Positions 13,512 to 23,405 of a stretch of DNA of 55,516 nucleotides are shown here, piece by piece. Position numbers and translations under genes: made by a program. Within the stretch, counting starts at the first letter, position 1; each line of letters begins with the position of its first letter. The notes under the pieces were generated by a model. That model saw nothing but the letters and a program-made list of their open reading frames with translations, was not told the origin of the DNA and searched no databases. The stretch covers positions 1 to 55,516 of the forward strand of contig SXWY01000069.1 of assembly GCA_005789825.1 (NCBI GenBank). Reading direction: 5' to 3'. The DNA comes from Burkholderiales bacterium (lineage in GTDB: Bacteria > Pseudomonadota > Gammaproteobacteria > Burkholderiales > Burkholderiaceae_C).

Positions 13512-14744
13512 ATGAAGCCTGAGACCGCGCTCATACACCACGGTTATGTGGCGCCGCAGGATTTTCGGTCTCCGCAAATTGCCGTTCACAAGGCATCCTC
13601 GGTTTTCTTTCCCAATGTCGCTGCTTTGCGAGATCGCAATTGGCTGGACAAAACTGGCTACACCTACGGTTTGCATGGCACGCCGACAACATTCACGCTA
13701 GAAGAAAGACTGTGCCAACTCGAAGGCGCCAAGCATGCCGTGTTGTTGCCCAGTGGGTTGGCGGCATTGGCGCAAGTGAATTTGGCATTGCTCAAGTCAG
13801 GCGATGAAATTTTGATTCCAGACAACGCGTATGCACCTTTGAAGTCATTGGCCGAGGTGGAGTTGGCGCGATGGGGCATCAGCCACCAGTACTACGACCC
13901 GATGCATACCGAGAGTTTGGCGCAAGCCATCGGTCCGCAAACCCGTTTGGTGTGGTTAGAAGTCCCTGGCTCTGTCACCTTGGAGTTTCCCGATTTGCCC
14001 GCCTTACTGCGGATCTGCCAATCGCATGGCGTGTTGACTGCATTGGACAACACATGGGGTGCGGGCGTGGCGTTTGCACCGTTCCATGTTTTCCCGCAAG
14101 CACAAGCGCCGTTGCGTGGTGTCGATGTCAGCGTTCATGCCTTGACCAAATACCCCAGCGGTGGGGGAGATGTGTTGATGGGCAGTGTCACCACTTGCCG
14201 CGATGATTTGGCCAGAACCCTCAAACTCAGCCACATGCGATTGGGTTTTGGCGTGGGTGCAAACGATGCAGAATTGGTGTTGCGCTCTTTGCCCACGATG
14301 GACATGCGGTACAAGGCGCAAGATGCCAGTTGCCGCGAAGTTGCTGCTTGGTGTTTGCAGCAGTCTGTATTTGCCCAAGTGCTGCACCCAGCGATTGCGA
14401 CATCACCCGGTCATGCACATTGGCGCGACTTGTGCGCCGATGGACAAGCAGACAGCTCGGTGGTGCACAGGGGTGGCAGTGCGGCCAGTTTGCTGGGTTT
14501 GCGCTTTCACGCACGGTTGTCGCCTTCGCAAATCGATGGTTTTTGCAACCGCTTGAAGTTGTTCAAATTGGGTTTCAGTTGGGCTGGCCCGATCAGTTTG
14601 GTGGTGCCCTATGATTTGAAAACCATGCGCCAAATGGCCGAGCCTGCCATGCTCGAAGGCGGGTATGTTCGCCTGTCTATCGGTTTAGAGAATCCCGAAG
14701 ATTTGACCGCTGATTTGGCACAAGCCTTGGCAGCTCTTCATTGA
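13512..14744 (+). CDS. metC: Cystathionine beta-lyase (PLP-dependent)
   Basis: YGLHGTPT, DNTW, the PLP lysine in ALTKY, and GFSWAG. Confidence 0.85.
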   Translation: MKPETALIHHGYVAPQDFRSPQIAVHKASSVFFPNVAALRDRNWLDKTGYTYGLHGTPTTFTLEERLCQLEGAKHAVLLPSGLAALAQVNLALLKSGDEILIPDNAYAPLKSLAEVELARWGISHQYYDPMHTESLAQAIGPQTRLVWLEVPGSVTLEFPDLPALLRICQSHGVLTALDNTWGAGVAFAPFHVFPQAQAPLRGVDVSVHALTKYPSGGGDVLMGSVTTCRDDLARTLKLSHMRLGFGVGANDAELVLRSLPTMDMRYKAQDASCREVAAWCLQQSVFAQVLHPAIATSPGHAHWRDLCADGQADSSVVHRGGSAASLLGLRFHARLSPSQIDGFCNRLKLFKLGFSWAGPISLVVPYDLKTMRQMAEPAMLEGGYVRLSIGLENPEDLTADLAQALAALH

Positions 14745-15820
14745 CCAAATTGGCTCTGCAGCTGCATCGCCAAGCTTTGCATGCTGCTGTTGTGCCGGTT
14801 CTCCAGCCGAGCGGCGTGAGCGTTGGCATAGTGCACAAAATTTCTCGCGACCGATTTGGCATACGTCGGGTCATAGTGATGCAACAACAAATCTCTGACC
14901 ACGGTTTCAACCTCTGCTTTTTCCAATTGTGCACGCCACGCATTGACCACTGCTTTGCCTTTGAGTTCTGTCAACAAATCCAGGCGTTGTGCAAACAAGT
15001 CTTGGTCATTGGCAAAAAACGCATAGTCTTCTAACAATAACTTCACGCGTTCGTCGTCACTCAGTTGCAAGTCAATGCACGGGCTTTGTCGCATGGCGTC
15101 CATCAATGCTTGCGGCACAGCCACGTTGCCCACTTTTTTGCTCTCAGCTTCGACGAAAACAGTTTTTTCGGGGTCGAACAGTCTCAGCGTGTTCCAGACC
15201 AAGGTATCGAAATGTTTTTGGCTGGGTTGGGGCACACCGGGAATGCGCCCGAGCACAGAACTGCGGTGTCGGGCCAAATCTTCCAAATCAAGCACTTGCG
15301 CACCGCATGCTGATAAGGCGTGCAGCAAACGGGTTTTGCCTGAACCCGTGGGTCCGGTGATGATGCGAAAACGCAATCCCGAGACCAAACGCGTGATGTC
15401 TTGCAACATGGCTGCTCGAAAGGCTTTGTAGCCGCCCTCCATCAGCCAGACACGAAAACCGATTTGACCCAACACCAACGCCAACGATCCACTGCGCTTA
15501 CCACCACGCCAGCAGTACAACAAGGGTTGCCAATCTTTGGACAAGCCCATGACCGAGCGCTCAATGTGTTTGGCGATATTGGCTGCTACCAACATGGCAC
15601 CGACTTTGTTCGCTTCGAAAGGGCTGGCTTGCTTGTACAGCGTGCCGACGCGGATACGTTCTTCGTTGGTCAGTGAAGGCCAATTGACAGCGCCAGGCAA
15701 ATGGTCGAGCGCAAATTCATCTTCTGTACGGGCGTCAATGATGTCGCTGAAGCCGTTGTCATTTGGCAAACGCCCCATGCGTTCGATCGCGGCTTCGGCG
15801 CTGATCGGGTGTGCAGCCAT
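14738..15820 (-). CDS. mnmH: tRNA 2-selenouridine(34) synthase MnmH/SelU
   Basis: Rhodanese domain (YCWRGGKRS) plus P-loop GPTGSGKT and LEDLARHRSS. The ATG at 15820 overlaps the upstream TGA. Confidence 0.92.
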   Translation of the reverse strand: MAAHPISAEAAIERMGRLPNDNGFSDIIDARTEDEFALDHLPGAVNWPSLTNEERIRVGTLYKQASPFEANKVGAMLVAANIAKHIERSVMGLSKDWQPLLYCWRGGKRSGSLALVLGQIGFRVWLMEGGYKAFRAAMLQDITRLVSGLRFRIITGPTGSGKTRLLHALSACGAQVLDLEDLARHRSSVLGRIPGVPQPSQKHFDTLVWNTLRLFDPEKTVFVEAESKKVGNVAVPQALMDAMRQSPCIDLQLSDDERVKLLLEDYAFFANDQDLFAQRLDLLTELKGKAVVNAWRAQLEKAEVETVVRDLLLHHYDPTYAKSVARNFVHYANAHAARLENRHNSSMQSLAMQLQSQFGQ

Positions 15821-16467
15821 CAGAGCATGCTCTTGAGCACCGGCCACACATTGGACAAGATGATGGGATGCGCTTGAGCTTTGGGATGGATACGATCGGG
15901 TTGAAACAAGGCGGTGGGGTCAGGTGCATCTGCCACGCCTTTGAGCAGGAAAGGCACAAGCTGCGTGCGTTGTTGTTGACTGATGCGCACAAACATTCGG
16001 CTGAACTCTTGCACGTACTCCTGGCCATAGTTGGGGGGGACTTGCATGCCGATCAAGAGCACGGCTGCTTTCGCCCGGCGGCAAGCTGCCACCATTTGCG
16101 TCAGGTTGTTTTCGGTGGTTTTCAGGGGAAAGCCACGCAGTGCATCGTTGCCACCGAGCTCGATCACCACCAGCTTGGGTTGGTGTTGTTGCAACAGCTT
16201 GGGCAGCCGCGCCAGTCCGCCAGCCGTGGTGTCGCCACTGACGCTGGCGTTGACCACTTGCCATGGCCGTTTGTCTTGGGCCAGTTGCTTGTCAAGCAAG
16301 GCCACCCAACCGGTGCCTCTGGCAATGCCGTATTCCGCACTCAATGAATCGCCCACCACCAATAAGGTGTTGGGTTTGGACGTGCCTGAAACATTCGCTG
16401 AAAGACCCAGCGCCAACAAGCTTACAGCCAGACGGTTAAAGTCTCGTCGTCTCAACACGGTGTTCAC
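15820..16467 (-). CDS. tesA: GDSL arylesterase/acyl-CoA thioesterase I (TesA-like), exported
   Basis: GDSLS, SGDTT, GGND and DRIHP blocks; N-terminal signal with RRRDF. Confidence 0.88.
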   Translation of the reverse strand: MNTVLRRRDFNRLAVSLLALGLSANVSGTSKPNTLLVVGDSLSAEYGIARGTGWVALLDKQLAQDKRPWQVVNASVSGDTTAGGLARLPKLLQQHQPKLVVIELGGNDALRGFPLKTTENNLTQMVAACRRAKAAVLLIGMQVPPNYGQEYVQEFSRMFVRISQQQRTQLVPFLLKGVADAPDPTALFQPDRIHPKAQAHPIILSNVWPVLKSML

Positions 16468-16470
16468 GCA

Positions 16471-17148
16471 ATGTCCTCAGCTTTGATCTCGGTCTCACAT
16501 TTGTACAAATCGGTGACGGACGCCGCCGGCACCCTAGACATTCTCCGCGATATCGATTTCACCTTGATGCCTAAGGAGACTGTGGCGATCGTCGGCGCGT
16601 CAGGTTCGGGCAAAAGCACCTTGCTCACCATCATGGCTGGATTGGATACACCGACGCGCGGCACGGTGCATTTGGCGGGACTGGACATGTTTTCGATGGA
16701 TGAAGACCAGCGTGCCGCCGTGCGTGCCAAACACATTGGATTTGTATTTCAGAGCTTTCAGTTGTTGGCACCGCTGACCGCGCTTGAAAACGTCATGTTG
16801 CCCATGGAACTCGCTGGCCACCCCGACCCCAAACCTTTGGCCCGCGACATGCTGGCACGCGTGGGCTTGTCCGAGCGACTCAACCACTATCCCAAAGTCA
16901 TGAGCGGCGGCGAACAACAACGCGTGGCCTTGGCCAGGGCTTTTGTGGTCAAACCCCAGGTGCTGCTGGCGGATGAACCCACTGGCAGCTTGGACCACGC
17001 CACTGGCGAGACCATCATGCAATTGATGTTGAATTTGAACCAGGAGCTTGGCACCACATTGGTGTTGGTGACGCATGATTTGGCATTGAGTCGGCGCTGT
17101 GACCGCCGATTGGTCATGGAAGCAGGGCAGGCGAGCTGGCAACCCTGA
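16471..17148 (+). CDS. ABC transporter ATP-binding protein (YbbA/LolD-like)
   Basis: Walker A GASGSGKS, signature MSGGEQQ, Walker B LLADEP; divergent from tesA as in tesA-ybbA. Confidence 0.9.
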   Translation: MSSALISVSHLYKSVTDAAGTLDILRDIDFTLMPKETVAIVGASGSGKSTLLTIMAGLDTPTRGTVHLAGLDMFSMDEDQRAAVRAKHIGFVFQSFQLLAPLTALENVMLPMELAGHPDPKPLARDMLARVGLSERLNHYPKVMSGGEQQRVALARAFVVKPQVLLADEPTGSLDHATGETIMQLMLNLNQELGTTLVLVTHDLALSRRCDRRLVMEAGQASWQP

Positions 17149-17151
17149 CGC

Positions 17152-17625
17152 TTAGCGGGTGCGTTGTTTCATCGCGCGTTCCACTTCGCGCTTGCCTTCT
17201 CGGTCTTTGATGGTGTCGCGCTTGTCGTGCTCGGCTTTGCCTTTGGCCAAGGCAATTTCACATTTGATGCGGCCGTTTTTCCAATGTAAATTCAAGGGCA
17301 CCAGCGTATAGCCTTTTTGTTCCACTTTGCCGATGAGCCTGCGTATTTCTTCTTTGTGCAGCAGCAATTTTCGTGAGCGCACCGCGTCAGGATTGACATG
17401 GGTCGAGGCGGTTTTCAAGGGATTGATTTGGCAGCCGATGACAAACATTTCGCCGTTGCGAATCACCACATAGCCGTCTGTCAGTTGGACTTTTCCCTCG
17501 CGTGCAGCCTTCACTTCCCAGCCTTCCAGCACCATGCCTGCCTCGAGGCGTTCTTCAAAAAAATAATTGAAGGCGGCTTTTTTGTTGTCCGCGATCCGGG
17601 TTTGGGGTGCTGTTTTGCTGGCCAT
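17152..17625 (-). CDS. smpB: SsrA-binding protein SmpB
   Basis: [20 protein letters not shown] and GKAEHDKR motifs. Confidence 0.97.
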   Translation of the reverse strand: MASKTAPQTRIADNKKAAFNYFFEERLEAGMVLEGWEVKAAREGKVQLTDGYVVIRNGEMFVIGCQINPLKTASTHVNPDAVRSRKLLLHKEEIRRLIGKVEQKGYTLVPLNLHWKNGRIKCEIALAKGKAEHDKRDTIKDREGKREVERAMKQRTR

Positions 17626-17696
17626 GAGAGAGAAAAATAAACAAGACGGGGTCTTTACAATTGCCCGTAACGCCAGTGTGGCATGAACTGCATTCT

Positions 17697-18131
17697 ATGA
17701 AAACCATCGAGAAGTCTGTGTTGATCTGGTTCAGTGCCCGTGAAATGTTCGATTTGATTGTGGATGTGCCGTCCTATCCCCAGTTTCTGCCATGGTGCGA
17801 CAAGGCTGAGATCTTGGCCCAAACCGATAACGGCATGACAGCACGCATAGGCATGGCCTTCGGCGGTTTGCACAAAAGCTTCACCACACAAAACATCCAT
17901 TTAGCAGGCAGACAAGTTCAACTCGACTTGATTGACGGTCCTTTCAAACATTTGAGCGGTGTGTGGGATTTCATACCTGTCGGCGAAGAACAGGCTTGTC
18001 GGGTCGAGTTGAAGTTGTCCTACAGTTTCGATTCGGTATTCGGCGCTCTTGTGGGACCAGTATTCGACAAAATCGCCTCGACTTTGGTGGATGCGTTTGT
18101 CAAACGTGCTGAAGCGGTGTATCAGCGGTGA
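17697..18131 (+). CDS. ratA: RatA/PasT (Coq10-like START domain) protein
   Basis: YPQFLPWC, GPFKHLSGVW and AFVKRA motifs; divergent from smpB. Confidence 0.9.
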   Translation: MKTIEKSVLIWFSAREMFDLIVDVPSYPQFLPWCDKAEILAQTDNGMTARIGMAFGGLHKSFTTQNIHLAGRQVQLDLIDGPFKHLSGVWDFIPVGEEQACRVELKLSYSFDSVFGALVGPVFDKIASTLVDAFVKRAEAVYQR

Positions 18132-18460
18132 ATATCGAGATTGTCTGGTCTGCTGCCCAGCGAGAGGTTGAGGCCGTGGTGTGGCCAACCAACACAGGTG
18201 CCACGGTCGAACAAGCCCTGGATTTTTTACGCGGATGTTCTGCAGCTTTCGCGGCCCAGCCCATGCAAGATTGGCAGACCGCTGTTTGGGGCAAACCGGT
18301 GACCCTTCAGCATGTGCTCAAAGAGGGCGACAGGTTGGAAATATTGCGTTCTTTGCGGGTTGACCCCAAAGTGGCCAGACGCGAGCGATTCCAACGCCAA
18401 GGCGCCAAAACCGCAGGCTTGTTTGCCAAGCGCCGTGTGGGCGCCAAACCGGGTTATTGA
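18128..18460 (+). CDS. rnfH: RnfH/RatB family ubiquitin-like protein
   Basis: GDRLEILRSLRVDPKVARR; overlaps the ratA stop. Confidence 0.87.
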   Translation: MNIEIVWSAAQREVEAVVWPTNTGATVEQALDFLRGCSAAFAAQPMQDWQTAVWGKPVTLQHVLKEGDRLEILRSLRVDPKVARRERFQRQGAKTAGLFAKRRVGAKPGY

Positions 18461-18562
18461 AGCCGCATACCAATTCTTTTTTATTCATTTCGAAATCTTG
18501 TCAGGGCTTGAGCATGGCCTACTCAGTGGGTCGGTAGAATCTATTTTTTGGAGATCCACCCC

Positions 18563-20032
18563 ATGCGCCTTCTCGGCAAAGCGCTGACCTTCGACGATGT
18601 GTTGTTGGTTCCCGCATATTCCCAAGTTCTGCCCAAGGACACCCAACTTTCCACCCAGTTTTCGCGCCGAATTGCCTTGAATTTGCCCTTGGTATCGGCC
18701 GCCATGGACACGGTCACCGAAGCCAGATTGGCCATCGCCATTGCGCAAGAAGGCGGCATGGGCATCGTCCACAAAAATTTAACGGCGCAACAACAGGCCG
18801 CTGAAGTCGCCAAAGTCAAGCGCTATGAAAGCGGTGTGTTGCTCGACCCCGTGATCATCACACCCACACACACGGTCAGACAGGTCATGGCCTTGTCCGA
18901 TGAATTGGGCATCTCCGGTTTTCCGGTGTGCGACGCAGGCAAGGTGGTCGGCATTGTGACCAACCGCGATTTGCGTTTTGAAGCGCGCCACGATTTACAG
19001 ATCAAAGACATCATGACGCCGCGAGAACGGCTGATCACGGTCACCGAGGGCACTACCCCTGAACAGGCCAAAGCCTTGTTGAACAAGCACAAGTTAGAAC
19101 GCTTGCTGGTGATCAATGATGCGTTTGAACTCAAAGGTCTGATCACGGTGAAAGACATCACCAAGCAAACCAGCTTCCCCAATGCTGCACGTGACAGCGC
19201 AGGGCGCTTGCGAGTGGGGGCCGCTGTGGGTGTGGGCCCCGGTACCGAGGAGCGTGTGGAAGCATTGGTCAAGGCCGGCGTCGATGCCATCATCGTAGAC
19301 ACCGCGCACGGTCACAGCCATGGCGTGATCGAGCGGGTGCGCTGGGTCAAGCAACACTATCCGTCGATCGATGTGGTCGGTGGCAATATCGCGACAGGCG
19401 CAGCGGCGCTGGCCCTGGCCGAGGCCGGTGCCGATGCGGTCAAAGTGGGCATTGGCCCCGGTTCAATTTGCACCACCCGCATCGTGGCTGGCGTTGGTGT
19501 ACCGCAAATCACCGCCATCGACAATGTGGCCACAGCGCTCAAAGGCAGCGGTGTTCCCCTGATCGCTGACGGAGGCATTCGCTACAGCGGCGACATTGCC
19601 AAAGCCATAGCAGCAGGCGCGTCCAGCATCATGATGGGCGGTATGTTCGCTGGTACGGAAGAAGCCCCCGGCGAGATCATTTTGTACCAAGGCCGCAGTT
19701 ACAAAAGTTACCGTGGCATGGGCAGCATTGGTGCCATGCAACAAGGCAGCGCTGACCGGTATTTTCAAGAAGCCACCACAGGCAATCCGAATGCAGACAA
19801 ATTGGTGCCCGAGGGCATCGAAGGTCGCGTGCCCTATAAAGGCTCTATGGTCAGCATCGTTTACCAAATGGCGGGCGGTGTTCGAGCTGCCATGGGTTAT
19901 TGCGGTTGTGCCACGATTGAAGACATGCGCGAGCGCGCCGAATTTGTCGAAATATCCGCTGCTGGCATGCGCGAAAGCCATGTGCACGACGTGCAAATCA
20001 CCAAAGAAGCGCCCAACTACCGCGCGGACTGA
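18563..20032 (+). CDS. guaB: IMP dehydrogenase
   Basis: ALTFDDVLL, a CBS pair, catalytic GPGSICTT and YRGMGS; GGAG ribosome-binding site before ATG 18563. Confidence 0.98.
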   Translation: MRLLGKALTFDDVLLVPAYSQVLPKDTQLSTQFSRRIALNLPLVSAAMDTVTEARLAIAIAQEGGMGIVHKNLTAQQQAAEVAKVKRYESGVLLDPVIITPTHTVRQVMALSDELGISGFPVCDAGKVVGIVTNRDLRFEARHDLQIKDIMTPRERLITVTEGTTPEQAKALLNKHKLERLLVINDAFELKGLITVKDITKQTSFPNAARDSAGRLRVGAAVGVGPGTEERVEALVKAGVDAIIVDTAHGHSHGVIERVRWVKQHYPSIDVVGGNIATGAAALALAEAGADAVKVGIGPGSICTTRIVAGVGVPQITAIDNVATALKGSGVPLIADGGIRYSGDIAKAIAAGASSIMMGGMFAGTEEAPGEIILYQGRSYKSYRGMGSIGAMQQGSADRYFQEATTGNPNADKLVPEGIEGRVPYKGSMVSIVYQMAGGVRAAMGYCGCATIEDMRERAEFVEISAAGMRESHVHDVQITKEAPNYRAD

Positions 20033-20048
20033 AAAAAATTCACTCAAC

Positions 20049-20339
20049 ATGTTGCTAGACGAATTACTCCATTTAAAACCTCAATTCCAAACATTGATGA
20101 CACGCTATGGCGCTACACGTCTTCGCGTTTTTGGTTCTGTGGCCAGAGGTGAAGAAAATGAAGATAGCGTCGTAGATTTCTTGGTTGAATTACCCAGAGG
20201 TTATGACTTGTTTAGCCAACGTTTACCCTTGGTGTCTGGGTTGCAAGACATCGTTAAACAGAAAATAGATCTGATTCCTGAGCATGAGCACAATGAACAT
20301 TTGAGAGATCAAATTTTGAAGGAAGCCATTAGCCTATGA
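20049..20339 (+). CDS. MNT (minimal nucleotidyltransferase) antitoxin, MntA-like, with first catalytic Asp substituted
   Basis: 96 aa. FGSVARGEENEDSVVDFLV matches GS-x10-DxD with Val at the first Asp. About 41% GC by hand count of 20041-20340. The true start is ATG 20049, inside the 19713 ORF. Confidence 0.85.
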   Translation: MLLDELLHLKPQFQTLMTRYGATRLRVFGSVARGEENEDSVVDFLVELPRGYDLFSQRLPLVSGLQDIVKQKIDLIPEHEHNEHLRDQILKEAISL

Positions 20340-20674
20340 GCAAGCAATGGCAAGTCTATACACACCATGTGGTTGATTCGATTGAAAAAATAGCCTGTAT
20401 TCAATTTCGAGGGGACTTGGCCAACGACGAAGTGCTGCATGACGCAACGCTGCGTAATTTACAAACCATGGCAGAAGCCACACAAAGGCTTCCCGAACAC
20501 CTCAAAGCGCAGTACCCGCACATTTATTGGAATGAAATAAGTGGATTCCGAAATATTTTTGTCCACAATGATTTGGGTGATATCGGTCCCATCACGGTGA
20601 GCAGGGTTGTTCATCATCATCTTCCCCCGCTGCTTGAATCTGTCGAAGAAATGCTGCAGCTGGACTCTGAATAG
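20336..20674 (+). CDS. HEPN (DUF86/HepT-like) ribonuclease toxin
   Basis: DATLRNLQTMAEA and the R-x4-H motif in SGFRNIFVH; ATGA overlap with the MNT gene. Confidence 0.85.
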   Translation: MSKQWQVYTHHVVDSIEKIACIQFRGDLANDEVLHDATLRNLQTMAEATQRLPEHLKAQYPHIYWNEISGFRNIFVHNDLGDIGPITVSRVVHHHLPPLLESVEEMLQLDSE

Positions 20675-20680
20675 CTTGCC

Positions 20681-22333
20681 ATGGCACACCACAAAATATT
20701 GATTCTGGATTTCGGCTCGCAAGTCACTCAACTGATTGCGCGTCGCATACGCGAAGCCCATGTGTATTGCGAAGTTCATCCATGCGATGTCAGCGACGAA
20801 TGGTTACGTGGCTACGCCGCCGACGGTTTGCTCAAAGGCATTGTGCTGTCAGGCAGCCATGCCAGCGTGTACGAAGCCGACACTGATAGCGCACCTGCAG
20901 CTGTGTTCACATTGGGTGTTCCCGTGCTGGGCATTTGTTATGGCATGCAAACCATGGCGCAGCAACTGGGTGGCAAAGTGCAAAGCGGCCAAACCCGTGA
21001 GTTTGGTTATGCCGAAGTGCGTGCGCGTGGACACACCGAACTGCTCAAAGACATTGCAGATTTCACCACGCCAGAAGGCCACGGCATGCTCAAAGTGTGG
21101 ATGAGCCATGGCGATAAAGTCACCGAACTGCCACCGGGATTCAAGCTGATGGCCAGCACCGACAGTTGTCCGATTGCTGGCATGGCAGACGAAGCACGGC
21201 ATTTTTACGGCGTGCAATTTCACCCTGAAGTGACTCACACCGTGCAAGGCAAAGCCATGCTGCACCGTTTTGTGCACCAAATATGCCAAGCCCGCGCAGA
21301 TTGGGTGATGACCGGATATGTCGAGGAAGCTGTGACGCGCATTCGCGCCCAAGTGGGTGACGAAGAAGTGATCCTCGGCTTGTCCGGTGGTGTGGATTCC
21401 TCGGTGGCCGCAGCGCTGATTCACCGCGCTATTGGTGACCAATTGACTTGTGTGTTTGTCGACCATGGCCTGTTGCGGTTGAACGAGGGCGACGCCGTCA
21501 TGGACATGTTTGCGGGGCGTTTGCATGCCCGCGTGATTCGCGTGGATGCCAGCGCATTGTTTTTGGGGAAGTTGGCTGGCGTGAGCGACCCAGAAGCCAA
21601 GCGAAAAATCATCGGGTCTGAATTTGTCACTGTGTTCAAAGAACAAGCTGCCAAACTCAAAGCGGGCAACGGCGGGCACAAAGGCGCCACTTTTTTGGCA
21701 CAAGGCACCATTTACCCCGATGTGATTGAAAGTGGCGGTGCGCACAGCAAAAAAGCCGTCACCATCAAAAGCCACCACAACGTCGGCGGCTTACCCGAAC
21801 AACTCGGTTTGAAATTGTTAGAGCCACTGCGTGATTTGTTCAAAGACGAAGTGCGTGAACTCGGCGTGGCGCTGGGTTTGCCACACGACATGGTCTATCG
21901 GCATCCGTTTCCAGGCCCGGGTTTGGGTGTGCGGATTTTGGGTGAAGTCAAAGCGGAATATGCCGATTTGCTTCGGCGTGCCGATGCCATATTCATCGAA
22001 GAATTACGCAACACGCCCTACCAAGGAGTAGCCGGTGAAGGCGCGGTCAGTGGAGGTCAAACACCGAAGAATTGGTATGAGGCGACCAGCCAAGCATTTG
22101 TGGTGTTTTTGCCTGTGAAGTCCGTCGGCGTGATGGGAGACGGCCGAACCTATGAGCACGTGGTGGCGTTACGCGCAGTCATCACCAGCGATTTCATGAC
22201 CGCAGACTGGGCCGAATTGCCCTACAGCTTGCTCAAAAAAGTATCGGGACGCATCATAAACGAGGTGCGTGGTATCAACAGAGTGGTGCTTGATGTGAGC
22301 AGCAAACCACCTGCGACCATCGAGTGGGAATGA
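20681..22333 (+). CDS. guaA: GMP synthase (glutamine-hydrolysing)
   Basis: LDFGSQ, LGICYG, QFHPE, SGGVDS, HPFPGPG and KPPATIEWE motifs. Confidence 0.98.
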   Translation: MAHHKILILDFGSQVTQLIARRIREAHVYCEVHPCDVSDEWLRGYAADGLLKGIVLSGSHASVYEADTDSAPAAVFTLGVPVLGICYGMQTMAQQLGGKVQSGQTREFGYAEVRARGHTELLKDIADFTTPEGHGMLKVWMSHGDKVTELPPGFKLMASTDSCPIAGMADEARHFYGVQFHPEVTHTVQGKAMLHRFVHQICQARADWVMTGYVEEAVTRIRAQVGDEEVILGLSGGVDSSVAAALIHRAIGDQLTCVFVDHGLLRLNEGDAVMDMFAGRLHARVIRVDASALFLGKLAGVSDPEAKRKIIGSEFVTVFKEQAAKLKAGNGGHKGATFLAQGTIYPDVIESGGAHSKKAVTIKSHHNVGGLPEQLGLKLLEPLRDLFKDEVRELGVALGLPHDMVYRHPFPGPGLGVRILGEVKAEYADLLRRADAIFIEELRNTPYQGVAGEGAVSGGQTPKNWYEATSQAFVVFLPVKSVGVMGDGRTYEHVVALRAVITSDFMTADWAELPYSLLKKVSGRIINEVRGINRVVLDVSSKPPATIEWE

Positions 22334-22367
22334 CCGAATTGATTACCAAATACTTTCAGGTGACGCC

Positions 22368-23267
22368 ATGAAATGGCTGATTGTTGCAACATGGTTGTCT
22401 GCGATTTTGTTCGGGCATTACCGAGGCCGCGTGCGCGCCGATTGGCAAAAAGTTTTTTTAGACCACTCCGCCTTGCTTGCTCCCCTGAATGCGCTGATGG
22501 TGTTGTGTTCCAAAGTCACCACCCGACCTTATGTGCCTTTGAATGAATTGCCTGAATTGCAACAACTGCAAGACAATTGGCAAGTCTTTCGCGATGAGGC
22601 ATTGCATTTGTCTGAGTTGCAGCGCATCAAAGCGCCTGACAAGCATGATGACATTGGTTTCAATTCTTTTTTCAAGTACGGATGGAAGCGTGTTTATCTG
22701 AAATGGTACGACGCAGCACATCCGTCAGCAGCGGAATGGTGTCCGCGAAGCGTGGCGATTTTGAAAGGCATTCCCAGCATCAAGGCCGCCATGTTTGCCG
22801 AGCTTCCACCTGGTGGAAAACTCAATCGACACCGCGATCCCTATGCTGGCTCGCTGCGCTACCACTTGGGTCTGGTCACGCCGAATGACGATGCTTGCTA
22901 TATCGATGTCGATGGTGAACGGCACAGTTGGCGAGACGGGCAGGGTGTGGTGTTTGATGAAACCTATATCCATGAAGCGCATAACACCACGGACCACAAC
23001 CGCATCATTTTGTTTTGCGACGTGGAGAGGCCGTCAAGGTTCGCTTGGGTGTCTGCATTGAACCGATGGTTCAGTCGTGTGGTGATGTCTGCAGCGAGTT
23101 CGCCCAACGATGCCGGTGACCAAACCGGTGCCATCAACCAATTGACCCATTTGCATTTTGTGTTGGATCAAAAGCGCAAGGCTTTCAAAAACTGGAATCG
23201 CTTGGTTTACAAACTGACCAAATACAGTTTGATTGTTCTCATTGTGTGGGGCGTGTTTTTAATTTAA
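22368..23267 (+). CDS. lpxO: Lipid A hydroxylase LpxO-like (Asp/Asn beta-hydroxylase family, Fe/2OG)
   Basis: DIGFNSFFKYGWKR, HRDPYAGSLRYHLGL, FDETYIH and RIILFCDVERP motifs; hydrophobic anchors at both termini. Confidence 0.82.
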   Translation: MKWLIVATWLSAILFGHYRGRVRADWQKVFLDHSALLAPLNALMVLCSKVTTRPYVPLNELPELQQLQDNWQVFRDEALHLSELQRIKAPDKHDDIGFNSFFKYGWKRVYLKWYDAAHPSAAEWCPRSVAILKGIPSIKAAMFAELPPGGKLNRHRDPYAGSLRYHLGLVTPNDDACYIDVDGERHSWRDGQGVVFDETYIHEAHNTTDHNRIILFCDVERPSRFAWVSALNRWFSRVVMSAASSPNDAGDQTGAINQLTHLHFVLDQKRKAFKNWNRLVYKLTKYSLIVLIVWGVFLI

Positions 23268-23269
23268 GG

Positions 23270-23328
23270 CACGCATTGGCCGACCCATCCGTTCATTGTG
23301 GAAGACACGCTTTGCCGACCCATACGGT
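23270..23328. repeat. Imperfect direct repeat (two copies of about 23 bp) in the lpxO-metY convergent intergenic region
   Basis: cacgcattgGCCGACCCATccgt (23270-23292) versus cacgctttGCCGACCCATacggt (23306-23328); identical 10-bp cores 35 bp apart. Confidence 0.5.
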
Positions 23329-23405
23329 GCGATTTTTTTCTGCGCTTTCGCTTGAAAAAAACACCCCTCCAAGTCGGCCTGAAGCGATGTGACTTATTGA
23401 GAATG

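Noticed and set aside
17152-18460. tmRNA near smpB; ratA-rnfH as an accessory toxin-antitoxin
   Set aside because: There is no space or tRNA-like end for ssrA here. smpB-ratA-rnfH is a core arrangement, and RatA is a Coq10-like respiratory factor.
19713-20048. Apparent long N-terminal extension of the MNT protein
   Set aside because: Overlaps guaB out of frame; the MNT domain starts at ATG 20049.
22006-22075. Gly-rich insertion in GuaA (also short inserts in PurA and HisS)
   Set aside because: Short in-frame loop insertions with no intein or intron features; probably lineage-specific indels.
23270-23328. Mini-CRISPR array
   Set aside because: Only two imperfect copies with a 13-bp gap, and no cas genes.
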